From Gemmatimonadales bacterium (GTDB lineage: Bacteria > Gemmatimonadota > Gemmatimonadetes > Gemmatimonadales > GWC2-71-9), in the NCBI GenBank assembly GCA_037189525.1, contig JBBCJC010000002.1, forward strand, positions 1,280,001-1,344,000: a stretch of 64,000 nt of DNA, read 5' to 3'. Under the pieces are notes generated by a model, which worked only from the letters and a program-made list of their open reading frames with translations, did no database searches and was not told where the DNA came from. A program made the translations under genes and the position numbers. This document shows positions 9,487 through 20,600 of this stretch, piece by piece. Every line of letters begins with the position of its first letter. The first letter of the stretch is position 1.

Positions 9487-10686
9487 ATGCATTTTCGTTT
9501 TTCGACAGCAGGGGAATCGCACGGGAAGGCGTTCGTCGCCACCGTCGAAGGGGTGCCCGCCGGGCTCGAGCTCGAGGCGGGGTGGGTCAATCGCGACCTT
9601 GCCCGCCGGATGCAGGGCCATGGCCGCGGCGCCCGGATGAAGATCGAGGCCGACGCGATCGAGTTTCTGGCCGGTGTCAGGGCGGGGCAGACGCTCGGGT
9701 CGCCGATTGCGATGCTGATCCCGAACCGCGATTGGGACAACTGGGTCGATGTGATGGCGGCTGAGGGGACCGGTGAGGTCCGCCGGCGCCGGGTGACCCG
9801 GCCGCGTCCCGGCCATGCGGACCTGGTAGGTGTCCTCAAGTACGATCGGATCGACGCCAGGGACATCCTGGAGCGCGCCAGCGCCCGGGAAACGGTCGCG
9901 CGCGTGGCGGCGGGGGCGGTTGCCAAGCGGCTGCTGGACCAGTGCGGTATCCGGGTCGGCAGCCATGTGGTCTCGCTCGGCGGGATCAGGTGTACCGCGC
10001 CGGAACGGCTGCCCGAGGACCTCAATGCCGCGGCGGATGCTTCCCCGGTGCGGGTGCTCGATTCGGTGGCGGAACGCGAGATCATCGCCCGGATCGACGC
10101 CGCCAAGAAGGCCGGCGACACCTTGGGCGGTGAGGTCGAGGTGGTCGTGACCGGCCTCCCCGTGGGGCTGGGCAGCCACGTAGCCTGGGACCGCAAGCTG
10201 GACGGACGCTTGGCGGGCATTCTGATGGCCATTCCGGCGGTCAAGGGGGTTGAAATCGGGTTGGGCTTCGAAGCCGCCCGTCGGCCGGGTTCCGAGGTCC
10301 ACGACCCGATTGCAGCCCCCGAGCCGCGCCATGTCGATCGTCGCGGCGGATTCACGCGGGCCACGAACCGCGCGGGCGGGCTCGAGGGCGGGATCACCAC
10401 CGGTGAGCCGCTGGTCGTCCGGATTGCCAAGAAGCCGATTGCCACGCTGATGAGTCCGCTTGCTACGGTCGATCTGCTGACCGGCAAGCCGGCGCAGGCC
10501 GCCAGTGAACGTTCGGACGTGACGGCGGTACCGGCGCTCGGGGTCATTGCCGAGAGCATGGTTGCGGTCGTGCTGGCCGACGCGATGCTGGAAAAGTTCG
10601 GGGGCGACTCGATGGGCGAACTGGAACGGAACCTGGAAAGCTACCTGGCCGGGCTGGGCCGCCGCTGGTCGCCGCCGGATTCGTGA
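9487..10686 (+). CDS. aroC: chorismate synthase
   Basis: TAGESHG, PRPGHAD, ERASARET, ERSDV. Confidence 0.97.
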   Translation: MHFRFSTAGESHGKAFVATVEGVPAGLELEAGWVNRDLARRMQGHGRGARMKIEADAIEFLAGVRAGQTLGSPIAMLIPNRDWDNWVDVMAAEGTGEVRRRRVTRPRPGHADLVGVLKYDRIDARDILERASARETVARVAAGAVAKRLLDQCGIRVGSHVVSLGGIRCTAPERLPEDLNAAADASPVRVLDSVAEREIIARIDAAKKAGDTLGGEVEVVVTGLPVGLGSHVAWDRKLDGRLAGILMAIPAVKGVEIGLGFEAARRPGSEVHDPIAAPEPRHVDRRGGFTRATNRAGGLEGGITTGEPLVVRIAKKPIATLMSPLATVDLLTGKPAQAASERSDVTAVPALGVIAESMVAVVLADAMLEKFGGDSMGELERNLESYLAGLGRRWSPPDS

Positions 10687-10693
10687 GGCCGGT

Positions 10694-11212
10694 GTGGTCC
10701 ACGTGGTGTTGATCGGGTTGCCTGGCGCCGGGAAGTCGACGGTGGGTCGTCTCCTGGCCGACCGGCTCGGTACGCATTGGACCGACATCGATCCGTTGCT
10801 CGAGCTGGCGACCGGACAATCGGTCGGCGAGCTCTTCGCATCCGAAGGCGAGCCGGCCTTCCGGGTCAGAGAGCACCGGGCGGTGATCGAGGCGCTGCGG
10901 CTGCCGCCGCACGTCGTCACCCCGGGCGGCGGGTGGGCAGCTCAGCCCGGGAATCTGGCTTCAGTAGGCGGGCAGGCTTTCGTCGTTCACCTCGCGGTGG
11001 ATCCGGACGAGGCCGCGGCACGCCTGGCCGATGATCGCTCGCGCCCGCTGCTGGCCGGGGGCGACCGCCATGAGCGGCTCGCAGCTCTGGCCCGGCAGCG
11101 GCTGCCCTGGTACCGCCAGGCGGAGGCGGAGGTCGACGTGACCGGCGTCAGCGCGGAGTCGGTAGCGGACACGCTGCTCGGCATGGCCCGGGCGCAGGCG
11201 GGGTGGCCGTGA
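10694..11212 (+). CDS. aroK: shikimate kinase
   Basis: LIGLPGAGKSTVG, GEPAFR, GGG, RPLL. Start codon approximate. Confidence 0.9.
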   Translation: MVHVVLIGLPGAGKSTVGRLLADRLGTHWTDIDPLLELATGQSVGELFASEGEPAFRVREHRAVIEALRLPPHVVTPGGGWAAQPGNLASVGGQAFVVHLAVDPDEAAARLADDRSRPLLAGGDRHERLAALARQRLPWYRQAEAEVDVTGVSAESVADTLLGMARAQAGWP

Positions 11213-12510
11213 GTCTTCGCGCGACGGTCATCGGCGGCGGCCTTGCCGGGTCGGAAGCTGCCTGGGCGCTGGCCGAGCGGGGGGTCGCGGTCACCCTCCA
11301 CGAGATGCGCCCGGCCGTCCCGACTCCTGCGCACCAGACGGGTCGGCTCGCGGAACTGGTCTGCAGCAACTCCTTCAAATCGGTTGAAACGGCCAATGCG
11401 CACGGGCTGCTGAAGGCGGAGCTACGGTCGCTGGGCAGCTTGCTGCTGACCGCAGCCGATCTGGCCCGGGTGCCCGGCGGGGCGGCGCTGGTGGTGGACC
11501 GCGAGATTTTCTCCGGTGAAGTCGACGCGCGGATCCGTGCACATCCCAACATCACCGTTGTTGCCGGCGAAGCAACCGAGTTGCCTCGTCCGGGCATTGT
11601 CGCGACGGGGCCGCTGACCTCCGATCGGCTGGCTACCGCCATTGCTGAGGAACTGGGTACCGGTGCGCTCGCCTTCTACGACGCCATCGCCCCGATCGTC
11701 TCGGCCGAGAGCCTCGATCATGAGATGCTCTACGCCATGTCGCGCTACGGCAAGGGTGACGGCGATGACTATCTCAACGCGCCGATGACCGAGGAACAGT
11801 ATGGCGCGTTCCTCGCCGCGTTGAGTGGCGGCGACCAGTTTACCGCGCACGAATTCGATCAGGTGCCGTACTTCGAAGGGTGCCTGCCGGTGGAAGAGAT
11901 GGCCTCTCGGGGCCCGGAAACGTTGCGGTTCGGACCGATGAAGCCGGTCGGCCTGCGCGATCCGCGAACCGGCAGGATTCCCCACGCCGTGGTGCAACTG
12001 CGCCGGGAGGACCGGGCTGGCCAGATGTGGAATCTGGTCGGCTTTCAGACCCGGCTGCGTATCCCCGAGCAGCAGCGCGTCTTCCGGATGATTCCCGGAC
12101 TCGAGCACGCCGAGTTTCTCCGGTACGGGAGCATCCACCGCAACGCCTATGTCAACAGCCCAGGAGCGCTCGGACCCGGGCTGACCCGTGGTGCGGAGCA
12201 ACCGGTCTTCTTTGCGGGCCAGTTGACCGGGGTCGAGGGCTATACCGAATCGTTGGGCACCGGGATCATGGCGGGAATCAACCTCCACCGGGTCCTGACG
12301 GGGCAGCCGATTGCGGTGCCGCCGCCGACCACGATGTTAGGCGGTCTCTATCGCTACCTGGCCGAGGCGGACCCGAAGCACTTCCAGCCGATGAACGCGA
12401 ACTTCGGGTTGCTCGATCCGCTCGACGGCGCGGTCAAGAAGGCGGACCGCCGGGCGGCGTTGGTGACGCGGGCGGAACGGGATTTTGCCGCCTGGCGGGA
12501 GGCGCTGTGA
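11209..12510 (+). CDS. trmFO: folate/FAD-dependent tRNA m5U54 methyltransferase
   Basis: GGGLAGSEAA, AELVCSNSF, FGPMKPVGL, AGQLTGVEGY, FQPMNANFG. Confidence 0.97.
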   Translation: MSLRATVIGGGLAGSEAAWALAERGVAVTLHEMRPAVPTPAHQTGRLAELVCSNSFKSVETANAHGLLKAELRSLGSLLLTAADLARVPGGAALVVDREIFSGEVDARIRAHPNITVVAGEATELPRPGIVATGPLTSDRLATAIAEELGTGALAFYDAIAPIVSAESLDHEMLYAMSRYGKGDGDDYLNAPMTEEQYGAFLAALSGGDQFTAHEFDQVPYFEGCLPVEEMASRGPETLRFGPMKPVGLRDPRTGRIPHAVVQLRREDRAGQMWNLVGFQTRLRIPEQQRVFRMIPGLEHAEFLRYGSIHRNAYVNSPGALGPGLTRGAEQPVFFAGQLTGVEGYTESLGTGIMAGINLHRVLTGQPIAVPPPTTMLGGLYRYLAEADPKHFQPMNANFGLLDPLDGAVKKADRRAALVTRAERDFAAWREAL

Positions 12511-13421
12511 GCGACAACGCCACCCTGCTCACCGATTTCCTCGACCACCTGGCGCGAGAGCGCGACCAGTCGCCGCATACGGTTGCTGCGTATCGGCGCG
12601 ACCTGACGGCCTTTGCCAAGTTTGCGGGGCACTACTACGGCGAGTGGACCTGGGCGGCGGTCGATCGGCTCGGTGTGCGCGGCTACCTGGGTGATTTCGA
12701 GCGCCGAGGACTGACCCGCCGGTCCGCGGCGCGGGCGCTCTCCGCCCTGCGCTCGTTTTACACCTTTCTGTCCGTGCATCACGGCATCAGCAACGGCGTG
12801 GCGCGCGCGGCGCGGATCCCCAAGATCGAAAAGCGGCTGCCGACGCACCTGCGGCGCGAGCAGACCGAAGCGGTCTTCGCTGCGGCGGAAACGGGCGGCG
12901 CCGAGGGACGTTTTGGGCCGGTGCGCGACTGGGCCATGCTCGAACTGTTCTACTCGAGCGGATTGCGCCTCTCGGAGCTGGCCGGCGCCGACCTGCGCGA
13001 TCTCGATCTGCTCTCGAATCAGATCCGGGTGCGCGGCAAGGGCCGGAAGGAGCGGATCGTTCCGGTCGGCAGGCAGGCCGAGCGAGCCTTGCGGCAGTAT
13101 CTGGAATTTCGCGAGGCGCTCCTTCGCGAGGTCGCGGGCGATCGCCGCGCGTTATTTCTCTCCCGTCGGGGCACTCGGCTCGCGCCGCGGAGTGTGCAGC
13201 GCCGAATCCATGGCCTCTACCGGGCGGCGGGGGTCGAGGGGCAGCGGGTCCATTCGCTCCGACATACCTTTGCGACGGATCTGATGGATGCGGGGGCAGA
13301 CTTGAGGGCGGTCCAGGAACTGCTCGGCCATGCCTCACTCGGCACCACCCAGATCTACACGCATACCAGTGTCGAGCGGCTCAAAGATGTGTATCGCAAA
13401 GCCCACCCCCGGGCTGGCTAG
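12507..13421 (+). CDS. xerC: tyrosine recombinase XerC
   Basis: YSSGLRLSEL, GKGRKER, HSLRHTFAT, VQELLGH, TTQIYTH; conserved trmFO-xerC-hslVU context. Confidence 0.9.
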   Translation: MSDNATLLTDFLDHLARERDQSPHTVAAYRRDLTAFAKFAGHYYGEWTWAAVDRLGVRGYLGDFERRGLTRRSAARALSALRSFYTFLSVHHGISNGVARAARIPKIEKRLPTHLRREQTEAVFAAAETGGAEGRFGPVRDWAMLELFYSSGLRLSELAGADLRDLDLLSNQIRVRGKGRKERIVPVGRQAERALRQYLEFREALLREVAGDRRALFLSRRGTRLAPRSVQRRIHGLYRAAGVEGQRVHSLRHTFATDLMDAGADLRAVQELLGHASLGTTQIYTHTSVERLKDVYRKAHPRAG

Positions 13422-13433
13422 AAGGAATCCAGG

Positions 13434-13988
13434 ATGGGACATCCGATAGAATTTCACGGGACCACGATTGCCTGCGTTCGGAAGGACGGCCGTGTCGCGC
13501 TGGGCGGCGACGGGCAGGTGACGATGGGTGACACGGTCATGAAGGCCACCGCCAACAAGGTGCGCCTGCTCAAGGGCGGCCGGGTCGTAGCCGGTTTTGC
13601 GGGATCGGTGGCCGATGCGTTGACGCTGTTCGAGCGTTTCGAGGAGAAGCTCGATCGCTATCCGGCCAACCTGCCGCGGGCTGCCGTCGAGCTTGCCAAG
13701 GATTGGCGCGGCGACCGGGTCCTCCGCCGCCTCGAAGCATTGCTGCTGGCCGCGGATGTGGAGCACACCTTCCTGTTGAGCGGTTCGGGTGAGGTATTCG
13801 AGGCGGATGATGGCGTGCTCGCGGTCGGGTCCGGCGGCAACTTTGCGCTGGCCGCCGCGCGCGCCCTCCTGCCCGATCCCAGCAAGTCGGCGCGGGAGAT
13901 CGTCGAACGGTCGCTCGAGATCGCGGCGGAAATCTGCATCTATTCCAATCGTAACCTGACGATTCTCGAACTCCCGGTCCGGTCATGA
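13434..13988 (+). CDS. hslV: ATP-dependent protease subunit HslV
   Basis: [26 protein letters not shown]. Confidence 0.97.
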   Translation: MGHPIEFHGTTIACVRKDGRVALGGDGQVTMGDTVMKATANKVRLLKGGRVVAGFAGSVADALTLFERFEEKLDRYPANLPRAAVELAKDWRGDRVLRRLEALLLAADVEHTFLLSGSGEVFEADDGVLAVGSGGNFALAAARALLPDPSKSAREIVERSLEIAAEICIYSNRNLTILELPVRS

Positions 13989-15466
13989 GCGAGTCCCGCA
14001 CCAATCCGCCCGTTGCCGCCGACAACCCCGATGCGCAGCAGCCGCTGCCGTGGCTCGAGGAAATGCCGCCTCGCCAGATCGTGGCCGAGCTGGATCGTTA
14101 TATCGTGGGCCAGCAGGCCGCCAAGCGGGCCATTGCGATCGCGGTTCGGAACCGCTGGCGGCGAAGCCAGGCGCCCGAGGGAATCCGGGACGAGATCACC
14201 CCGTCGAACATCATCCTGATCGGCCCCACCGGCGTCGGAAAAACGGAGATTGCCCGCCGGCTGGCGCGGCTGGCAGGAGCGCCGTTCGTCAAGGTCGAGG
14301 CATCCAAGTTTACCGAAGTCGGCTATGTCGGCCGCGACGTCGAAACCATGGTACGGGATCTGGTCGACGCCGCCATCAACCTGGTGCGGACCGAGCGTGA
14401 AGACGAGGTCTACGATCAGGCGGAGCGTAAAGCCGACGAACGCCTGCTCGACTTGTTGCTGCCTGCCGTACCCGCTCCGCCGCCGCCCGCGGCGACCCAG
14501 CCGTCCGAGACGCCGGGGGTCTTCGTCGTGTCGCCGACCGGATCGGTCTCGAAGGAAGCCGCTGAAGAAGATGACCGGCGGACGCGCTCACGCGAAAAGC
14601 TGCGGCAGCTCCTGATCGACGGCAAACTCGATGATCGCGAAGTCGACATCGAAGTCCAGGCCCAGAATTTCCCCTCGCTCGACATGATGCCCCAACCGCC
14701 TCAGCAGATGGAAGGCACCGACGTCAACTGGGGCGAGTGGCTGCAGGAAATGCTGCCCAAGCGGAAGAAGCGGCGGACGGTGCGGATCCCGGAAGCACGC
14801 CGGATCCTGACCGACGAAGAGCTGCGCCGCATGGTCGACATGGACGACGTAATCAACGAAGCTCTCGACCGGGTCGAGAACCACGGCATCCTGTTCATCG
14901 ACGAGATCGACAAGATCGCGGGCGAGCGCTCACGCGCCGGCGGGCCGGATATCTCACGCGAAGGGGTTCAGCGGGATCTGCTCCCGATCGTCGAAGGTTC
15001 GACGGTCCAGACGCGATACGGGTACGTGCGCACCGATCACGTGCTGTTCATTGCGGCCGGCGCGTTCCATGTATCCAAGCCGTCGGATCTGATTCCCGAA
15101 CTGCAGGGACGCTTCCCGATTCGCGTCGAGCTTACCTCGCTGGCCGAGGAAGATTTCATCCGGATCATGAAGGAGCCGGAGAATGCGCTGACCAAGCAGT
15201 ATCAGGCGCTGGTCGCGTCCGAGGGCGCCACGCTCGAATTTACCGATGACGGTATTGCGGAGATTGCCCGGATTGCGGGGCTGGCTAACGAGCGGATGGA
15301 AAACATCGGGGCTCGGCGGCTGCACACGGTGATGTCCACGCTGATGGACGAAGTGCTCTTCGAGTTGCCGGACTACGCCAGTCCGATCGTGATGACGGCG
15401 GAGAAAGTCAAAGAGCGCCTCGCCAAAGTCGTGGGCGACGATGATTTGCGGCGCTATATCCTGTAG
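13985..15466 (+). CDS. hslU: ATP-dependent protease ATPase HslU
   Basis: [38 protein letters not shown]. Confidence 0.97.
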   Translation: MSESRTNPPVAADNPDAQQPLPWLEEMPPRQIVAELDRYIVGQQAAKRAIAIAVRNRWRRSQAPEGIRDEITPSNIILIGPTGVGKTEIARRLARLAGAPFVKVEASKFTEVGYVGRDVETMVRDLVDAAINLVRTEREDEVYDQAERKADERLLDLLLPAVPAPPPPAATQPSETPGVFVVSPTGSVSKEAAEEDDRRTRSREKLRQLLIDGKLDDREVDIEVQAQNFPSLDMMPQPPQQMEGTDVNWGEWLQEMLPKRKKRRTVRIPEARRILTDEELRRMVDMDDVINEALDRVENHGILFIDEIDKIAGERSRAGGPDISREGVQRDLLPIVEGSTVQTRYGYVRTDHVLFIAAGAFHVSKPSDLIPELQGRFPIRVELTSLAEEDFIRIMKEPENALTKQYQALVASEGATLEFTDDGIAEIARIAGLANERMENIGARRLHTVMSTLMDEVLFELPDYASPIVMTAEKVKERLAKVVGDDDLRRYIL

Positions 15467-15481
15467 AGAGTTTGTCCGCGC

Positions 15482-15922
15482 CTAACGTTTGGTGCGGACG
15501 TTGAGCAGATAGGACACGAGCGCCAGCCCGATGGTGATGTGGATGATCCGGATCCACCAGAGCGGGATGTAGTAGGCGCCGATGGCAAAGCCGACCACGA
15601 TCGCGCTGATGGCGATCACTTTGGTCCGGACCGTCATGGCCCGGTTGGCTTCCCAGTCGAGCAGGATGGGACCGAAGGTCCGGTGGCTCATCAACTTGCG
15701 GTGGAGCTTGGTGGAGCCCTTGCCGTAGCACGAGGCGGCCAGGATCAGGAAAATGGTGGTCGGCATGACCGGAAGGAACGCGCCGATGACGCCCAGGGCC
15801 ACAAACGTATGTCCTGCCATGACATACGCCCACCGGCGGCTCTGGCTGGTGGCCAGGGTTTTGTCTTCGGCCAGGTCGCCGGGGCCTGTTCCGTTCACGT
15901 AACCGCTCCACTCTCGACGCAA
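15482..15922 (-). CDS. YbaN/DUF454 family membrane protein
   Basis: GVIGAFLPVMPTTIFLILAASC and FGPIL..W motifs. Start uncertain. Confidence 0.85.
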   Translation of the reverse strand: MRREWSGYVNGTGPGDLAEDKTLATSQSRRWAYVMAGHTFVALGVIGAFLPVMPTTIFLILAASCYGKGSTKLHRKLMSHRTFGPILLDWEANRAMTVRTKVIAISAIVVGFAIGAYYIPLWWIRIIHITIGLALVSYLLNVRTKR

Positions 15923-15992
15923 TCAGCAGTATAATCGAAGGTTGTTCGCCCGGCACGGGTTGTTCATTCGCTTTCTACCCCAGGATATCCGC

Positions 15993-17429
15993 ATGCGTCT
16001 CGTTCCCTCCCTGTTCATTGCCGGCGCCGTGGGCCTGGCCGGCACGACCGCCGTTGCCGCTCAACGGCCGGCGCAGTTCGGTCCCGGCGCGCGCCAATTC
16101 ATTTCGGTCGACGTTCCGGCGGTCGCCTTCACCAACGTCCGGGTCATCGACGGTCTTGGTGGCGCCGCGCGCGACAATCAGACCGTGGTCGTGACGGGAG
16201 GGAAGATCACGGCCATCGGTGCCGCCGGGTCGGTTTCGGTGCCGGCAGGGGCGCGGACCTTCGACGGCAACGGGAAGACTCTGATGCCGGGCATGGTAGG
16301 GCTCCATGACCACAGCTATTACACCACCGCGGCCGGTCGGGCGGTCCAGTCGAACTTTTCCGCACCGCTCCTCTACCTCGCGAGCGGTGTGACGACGATC
16401 CGGACCACCGGCGCCAACAATCCCTACGGCGAACTCAACCTCAAGCGGTCGATCGAGTCGGGCAGCTTCCCGGGGCCGCGTCTCTTCATCACCGGTCCGT
16501 ACCTGACCGGCCAGCGGCTCGGCCTGGGCAGCACGATGATCGCGCTCAACAATGAGGACGAGGCGCGGCGCGTGGTGGCCTACTGGGCGCAGGAGGGCGT
16601 CAGCTGGCTCAAGTTCTACACGGGTGTGAGCCGGGCCGCCATGAAGGCCGCCATCGATGAAGGCCACAAGCATGGCATCAAGTTCACGGGCCACCTCTGC
16701 TCGGTGCCGTACCAGGAGGCCGTGGCACTCGGTATCGACGCGCTCGAGCACGGGTTGTTTGCCAATTCGGACTACGACAAGACCCGGAAGGCCGACGAGT
16801 GCTCGCCGAACCTCAACCAGAGCTTCATCGGACTCGACGTCAACAGCCCCGAGGTCAAGAAAACGTTCCAGACCCTGATCGACCGGCAGGTGCCGATGAC
16901 GTCGACGCTCGTGGTCTACGAGCTGTTCGTGCCGAATCGTCCGCCGCTCGAACAGCGGACCCTCGACGCCATGTCGGCCGATGCGCGTACCGAGTATCTC
17001 ACCTCGCGGGCGCGGATTGCCGAAACCAACGGCGGTATTCCGCTCGAAGTGTTCAAGACGGGGATGAAGTACGAGTATGCCTTTGCCAAGGCGGGTGGTC
17101 TGCTCGGCTCGGGCGTCGACCCGACCGGTAACGGCGGCGCCCTGTTTGGCTATGGCAACCAGCGCAATGTCGAGCTCCTGGTCGAAGCGGGCTTTACCCC
17201 GGTCGAGGCGATTCAGATCGCCACCTCCAACGGGGCCAAGGCACTCGGGATCTTCAAGGAGACCGGCTCGATCGAGGTCGGCAAGAACGCCGATCTGGTG
17301 CTCGTCACGGGCAACCCGGCTCAGAAGGTCTCGGACATCAAGAACGTCGAGATCGTCTTCCGGGACGGGGTAGGCTACGATGTGCCCAAGATGATCGAGG
17401 CGGTCCGCGGCCAGGTCGGCGTCCGGTAA
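15993..17429 (+). CDS. secreted amidohydrolase (paralog 1)
   Basis: Signal peptide, PGMVGLHDH, GVTTIRT, GSIEVGKNADLVL. Confidence 0.9.
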   Translation: MRLVPSLFIAGAVGLAGTTAVAAQRPAQFGPGARQFISVDVPAVAFTNVRVIDGLGGAARDNQTVVVTGGKITAIGAAGSVSVPAGARTFDGNGKTLMPGMVGLHDHSYYTTAAGRAVQSNFSAPLLYLASGVTTIRTTGANNPYGELNLKRSIESGSFPGPRLFITGPYLTGQRLGLGSTMIALNNEDEARRVVAYWAQEGVSWLKFYTGVSRAAMKAAIDEGHKHGIKFTGHLCSVPYQEAVALGIDALEHGLFANSDYDKTRKADECSPNLNQSFIGLDVNSPEVKKTFQTLIDRQVPMTSTLVVYELFVPNRPPLEQRTLDAMSADARTEYLTSRARIAETNGGIPLEVFKTGMKYEYAFAKAGGLLGSGVDPTGNGGALFGYGNQRNVELLVEAGFTPVEAIQIATSNGAKALGIFKETGSIEVGKNADLVLVTGNPAQKVSDIKNVEIVFRDGVGYDVPKMIEAVRGQVGVR

Positions 17430-17456
17430 CGAGCGTTCGTCTCGGATGCAGATAAT

Positions 17457-17495
17457 ACAGGCGCCCGGTATCCCTGAGGGGAATCGGGCGCCTGT
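17457..17495 (+). terminator. hairpin terminator
   Basis: ACAGGCGCCCG / CGGGCGCCTGT inverted repeat after the amidohydrolase. Confidence 0.6.
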
Positions 17496-17682
17496 GCTTC
17501 GAGTCCGGTCGGCGAATCCCTGTGAGGTGAGACGATCCGCGCCCTCCGGTATGGCCTGAAACCGAGCGCCACCCCGGATCGTACCGTTGTCCGGTCACCC
17601 CGATACGCAGTCCCCGGCGGTCCATCGCCAGCGAGCCGATGAGAGCAGGCTCGTTTTCCTCGTCCGTTCTCGGAGCGTTCTC

Positions 17683-20600
17683 ATGAAACGTTGGGCCGTT
17701 TTTCTCGGTCTCGTTGTGGCCGCCTGGCTGGTGCCGGCGCGTCTTGCGGCGCAGACCCTCCTGCTTCGCCAGCCGACCGTGAGCGAGCGTCACATCGCGT
17801 TCGCTTACGCCAACAATATCTGGATCGTCGATCGTGCCGGCGGTGATGCGCGGCGACTGACCAGCTTCCAGGGCGCGACCTCGAATCCGCACCTGTCACC
17901 CGACGGCAAACTGGTGGCGTTCACGGGCCAGTACGGCGGCAATCTCGACGTCTACGTCGTGCCGGTCGAAGGCGGCGAGCCGACTCGGCTCACCTGGCAT
18001 CCGATGCCTGACCAGGTGACGGGGTGGAGCCCCGACGGGCGGCGTGTCGTCTTTGCCTCGGGACGGAGTTCGGGGCCGGCCGGCATTTCCAAGTTCTGGA
18101 CCGTGGCGGTCGGCGGTGGTGCGGAGGAAGCGCTGGCCATTCCGCGCGGGTCGGAGGGCAGCTACAGCGCCGATGGTAAGCACTTCGCCTATGTGATGCC
18201 GAATTTCTGGGATCCCGAATGGCGCAACTACCGCGGCGGTCAGACTCGGCCGATCTGGATCTTCGACATGGCCAGCCATGACGTGGTCACGCCGCCCTGG
18301 ACCGATAGCCGCGACGTCAGTCCGGTGTGGGTCGGTGACAAGGTCTTCTTCCTGTCCGACCGCGACTGGGGCATGAACGTCTGGTCCTACGACATGCGCA
18401 GCAAGCAACTGGCGCAGGTCACCAAGTTGTCCGAGTACGACATCAAGACGATGAGCGCCGGGGGCGGCGCGATCGTCTTCGAGTACGGCGGCCGCATCCA
18501 TCTGCTCGATCCGGCCACCGGTCGCCACCAGCCCGTGCCGATCACGGTGCGCGGCGACTTCCCCTGGCTCACTCCGCAGTGGAAACCGGTCCAGAATCTG
18601 ATCTTCAACGCCGCCGTGTCCCCCACCGGCAAGCGGGTCGTCTTCGAAGCGCGGGGCGACATCTTCACGGTACCTGCGGAGAAGGGCGACTGGCGGAACC
18701 TGACCACGACCCCGGGCGTGGCCGATCGCAATCCGGCGTGGTCGCCCGATGGGCGTTGGATCTCGTACTTCAGCGACAAGAGCGGCGAGTATCGTCTGAT
18801 CATTGCGCAGGCCGACGGTACCGCGCCGCCGCGTGAGATCACGCTCCCCAAGCCGACCTTCTACTTCACGCCGGCCTGGTCGCCGGATTCGAAGAAGATC
18901 CTGTTTACCGATACAGGGCTCAACCTCTGGATCGTCGACGTCGCCACGGGCAAGGCCATCGAGGCCGATCGCGACCCGTACATGGTGCCGCAGCGGTCGA
19001 TGAATCCGGTCTGGAGTCCCGATTCGCGCTGGATCGCCTACGCCAAGCGGCTCGATTCGCAGCTGCACGCCATTTACATCTACGAAGTTGCCACCGGCAC
19101 GGTGCGGCAGGTGACGGACGGCATGGCCGATGCGGTCTGGCCAGCCTGGGACGCGTCGGGCAAATATCTCTACTTCCTGGGCTCGACCAACTTCGGTCTC
19201 AACACCGGCTGGCTCGAGATGCAGTCGTACGAACGGCCGGTGACGTGGTCGATCTACCTCGCCGTGCTCAGCAAGGGTGAGGCGTCGCCGCTGCTGCCCG
19301 AGAGCGACGAAGAGACCGTGGTCGACACCACCAAGGCCAAGCCGCCCGCAGCGGCCGGGGCGGTCACGGTCAACATCGACTTCGACGGTCTGGCCGGGCG
19401 GACCGTTGCGCTCGATCTGCCGGCCCGGGGCTACCACACGCTCCGTGCGGGCCCGGCGGGAACGATCTTCTTCCTCGAGCCGCTACCCGTGACCGGTGCC
19501 GCGGCGGGACCGCCTCCGGGCAACGCGCTGCATCGCTATCAGCTGCGCGAGCGTAAAGCCACCCCGTTCGTCTCCGGTGCGCAGACCTTCCAGCTCTCGG
19601 CCGACGGCAAGAAACTGCTCTACCGCACCCCGGGTCAGGCGGGCGGATGGTTCCTGGTCGACGCCGACAAGGCGCCACCGCCGGCCAATACCGGGCGACT
19701 CAACACCGCCGGGATGCGGATGCTGGTCGACGCCAAGGCTGAGTTCAAGCAGATGTTCGACGAGGGATGGCGGTTCCAGCGGGACTTCCTCTACGTGCCC
19801 AATCTGCATGGCGCGGACTACGTCAAGACCAAGGCGCTCTACGCGCCGCTGGCTGAGCATGTCCGGCATCGCGCCGATCTGGTCTATCTCCAGGACGTCC
19901 TGGGCGGTGAGGTCGCGGTCGGCCATTCGTTCGTGTCGCCCGGCGATTTGCCGGAAGTGCCGAATGCCAACACCGGTTTGCTTGGTGCGGACTTCGAGAT
20001 CGCCGGGGGGCGCTATCGGATCGCCAAGATCCTGACCGGCGAAAGCTGGAACGCCGGCCTCCGGTCGCCGCTTCATGCGCCGGGCCTCGATGTCCGGGTC
20101 GGCGACTACATCCTGTCCGTCAATGGTGCCGAGCTGGCGGCTGGTGACAACCTGTTCCGCCTGCTCGAAGGCACCGCCAATCGCCAGACCACGCTCCTCG
20201 TCAACGATCGACCGGTTGCGGACGGCGCTCGGCGGGTGGTCGTCGTCCCGGTGGGGAACGAGGTCGGCTTGCGGCAGTTCGACTGGGTCGAAGCCAATCG
20301 TCGCCGGGTCGATGAGCTGTCGCAGGGCAAGCTGGCCTATGTCTATCTCCCGAACACGGGTGGTGGCGGCTACACCTTCTTCAACCGCTACTTCTTTGCC
20401 CAGCAGCACAAGCAGGGCGTCGTCATTGACGAGCGCTTCAACGGCGGTGGCTCCGCAGCGGACTACATCGTCGACCTGCTGGCGCGCGATTACCACGGCT
20501 ACTTCAACAACCCCGTGGGCGACCGGCGCGTCTTTACGACGCCCCAGGTGGGCATCTGGGGGCCCAAGGTCATGCTGATCAACGAGAGCGCCGGCTCCGG

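Noticed and set aside
12507..13421. xerC as the integrase of a mobile element
   Set aside because: Sits in the conserved trmFO-xerC-hslVU housekeeping context with no att or cargo.
17600..17660. Riboswitch or attenuator before Tricorn
   Set aside because: Only a short hairpin with a T-run; the fluoride-like GGCGATGG is on the wrong strand and lacks the rest of the motif.
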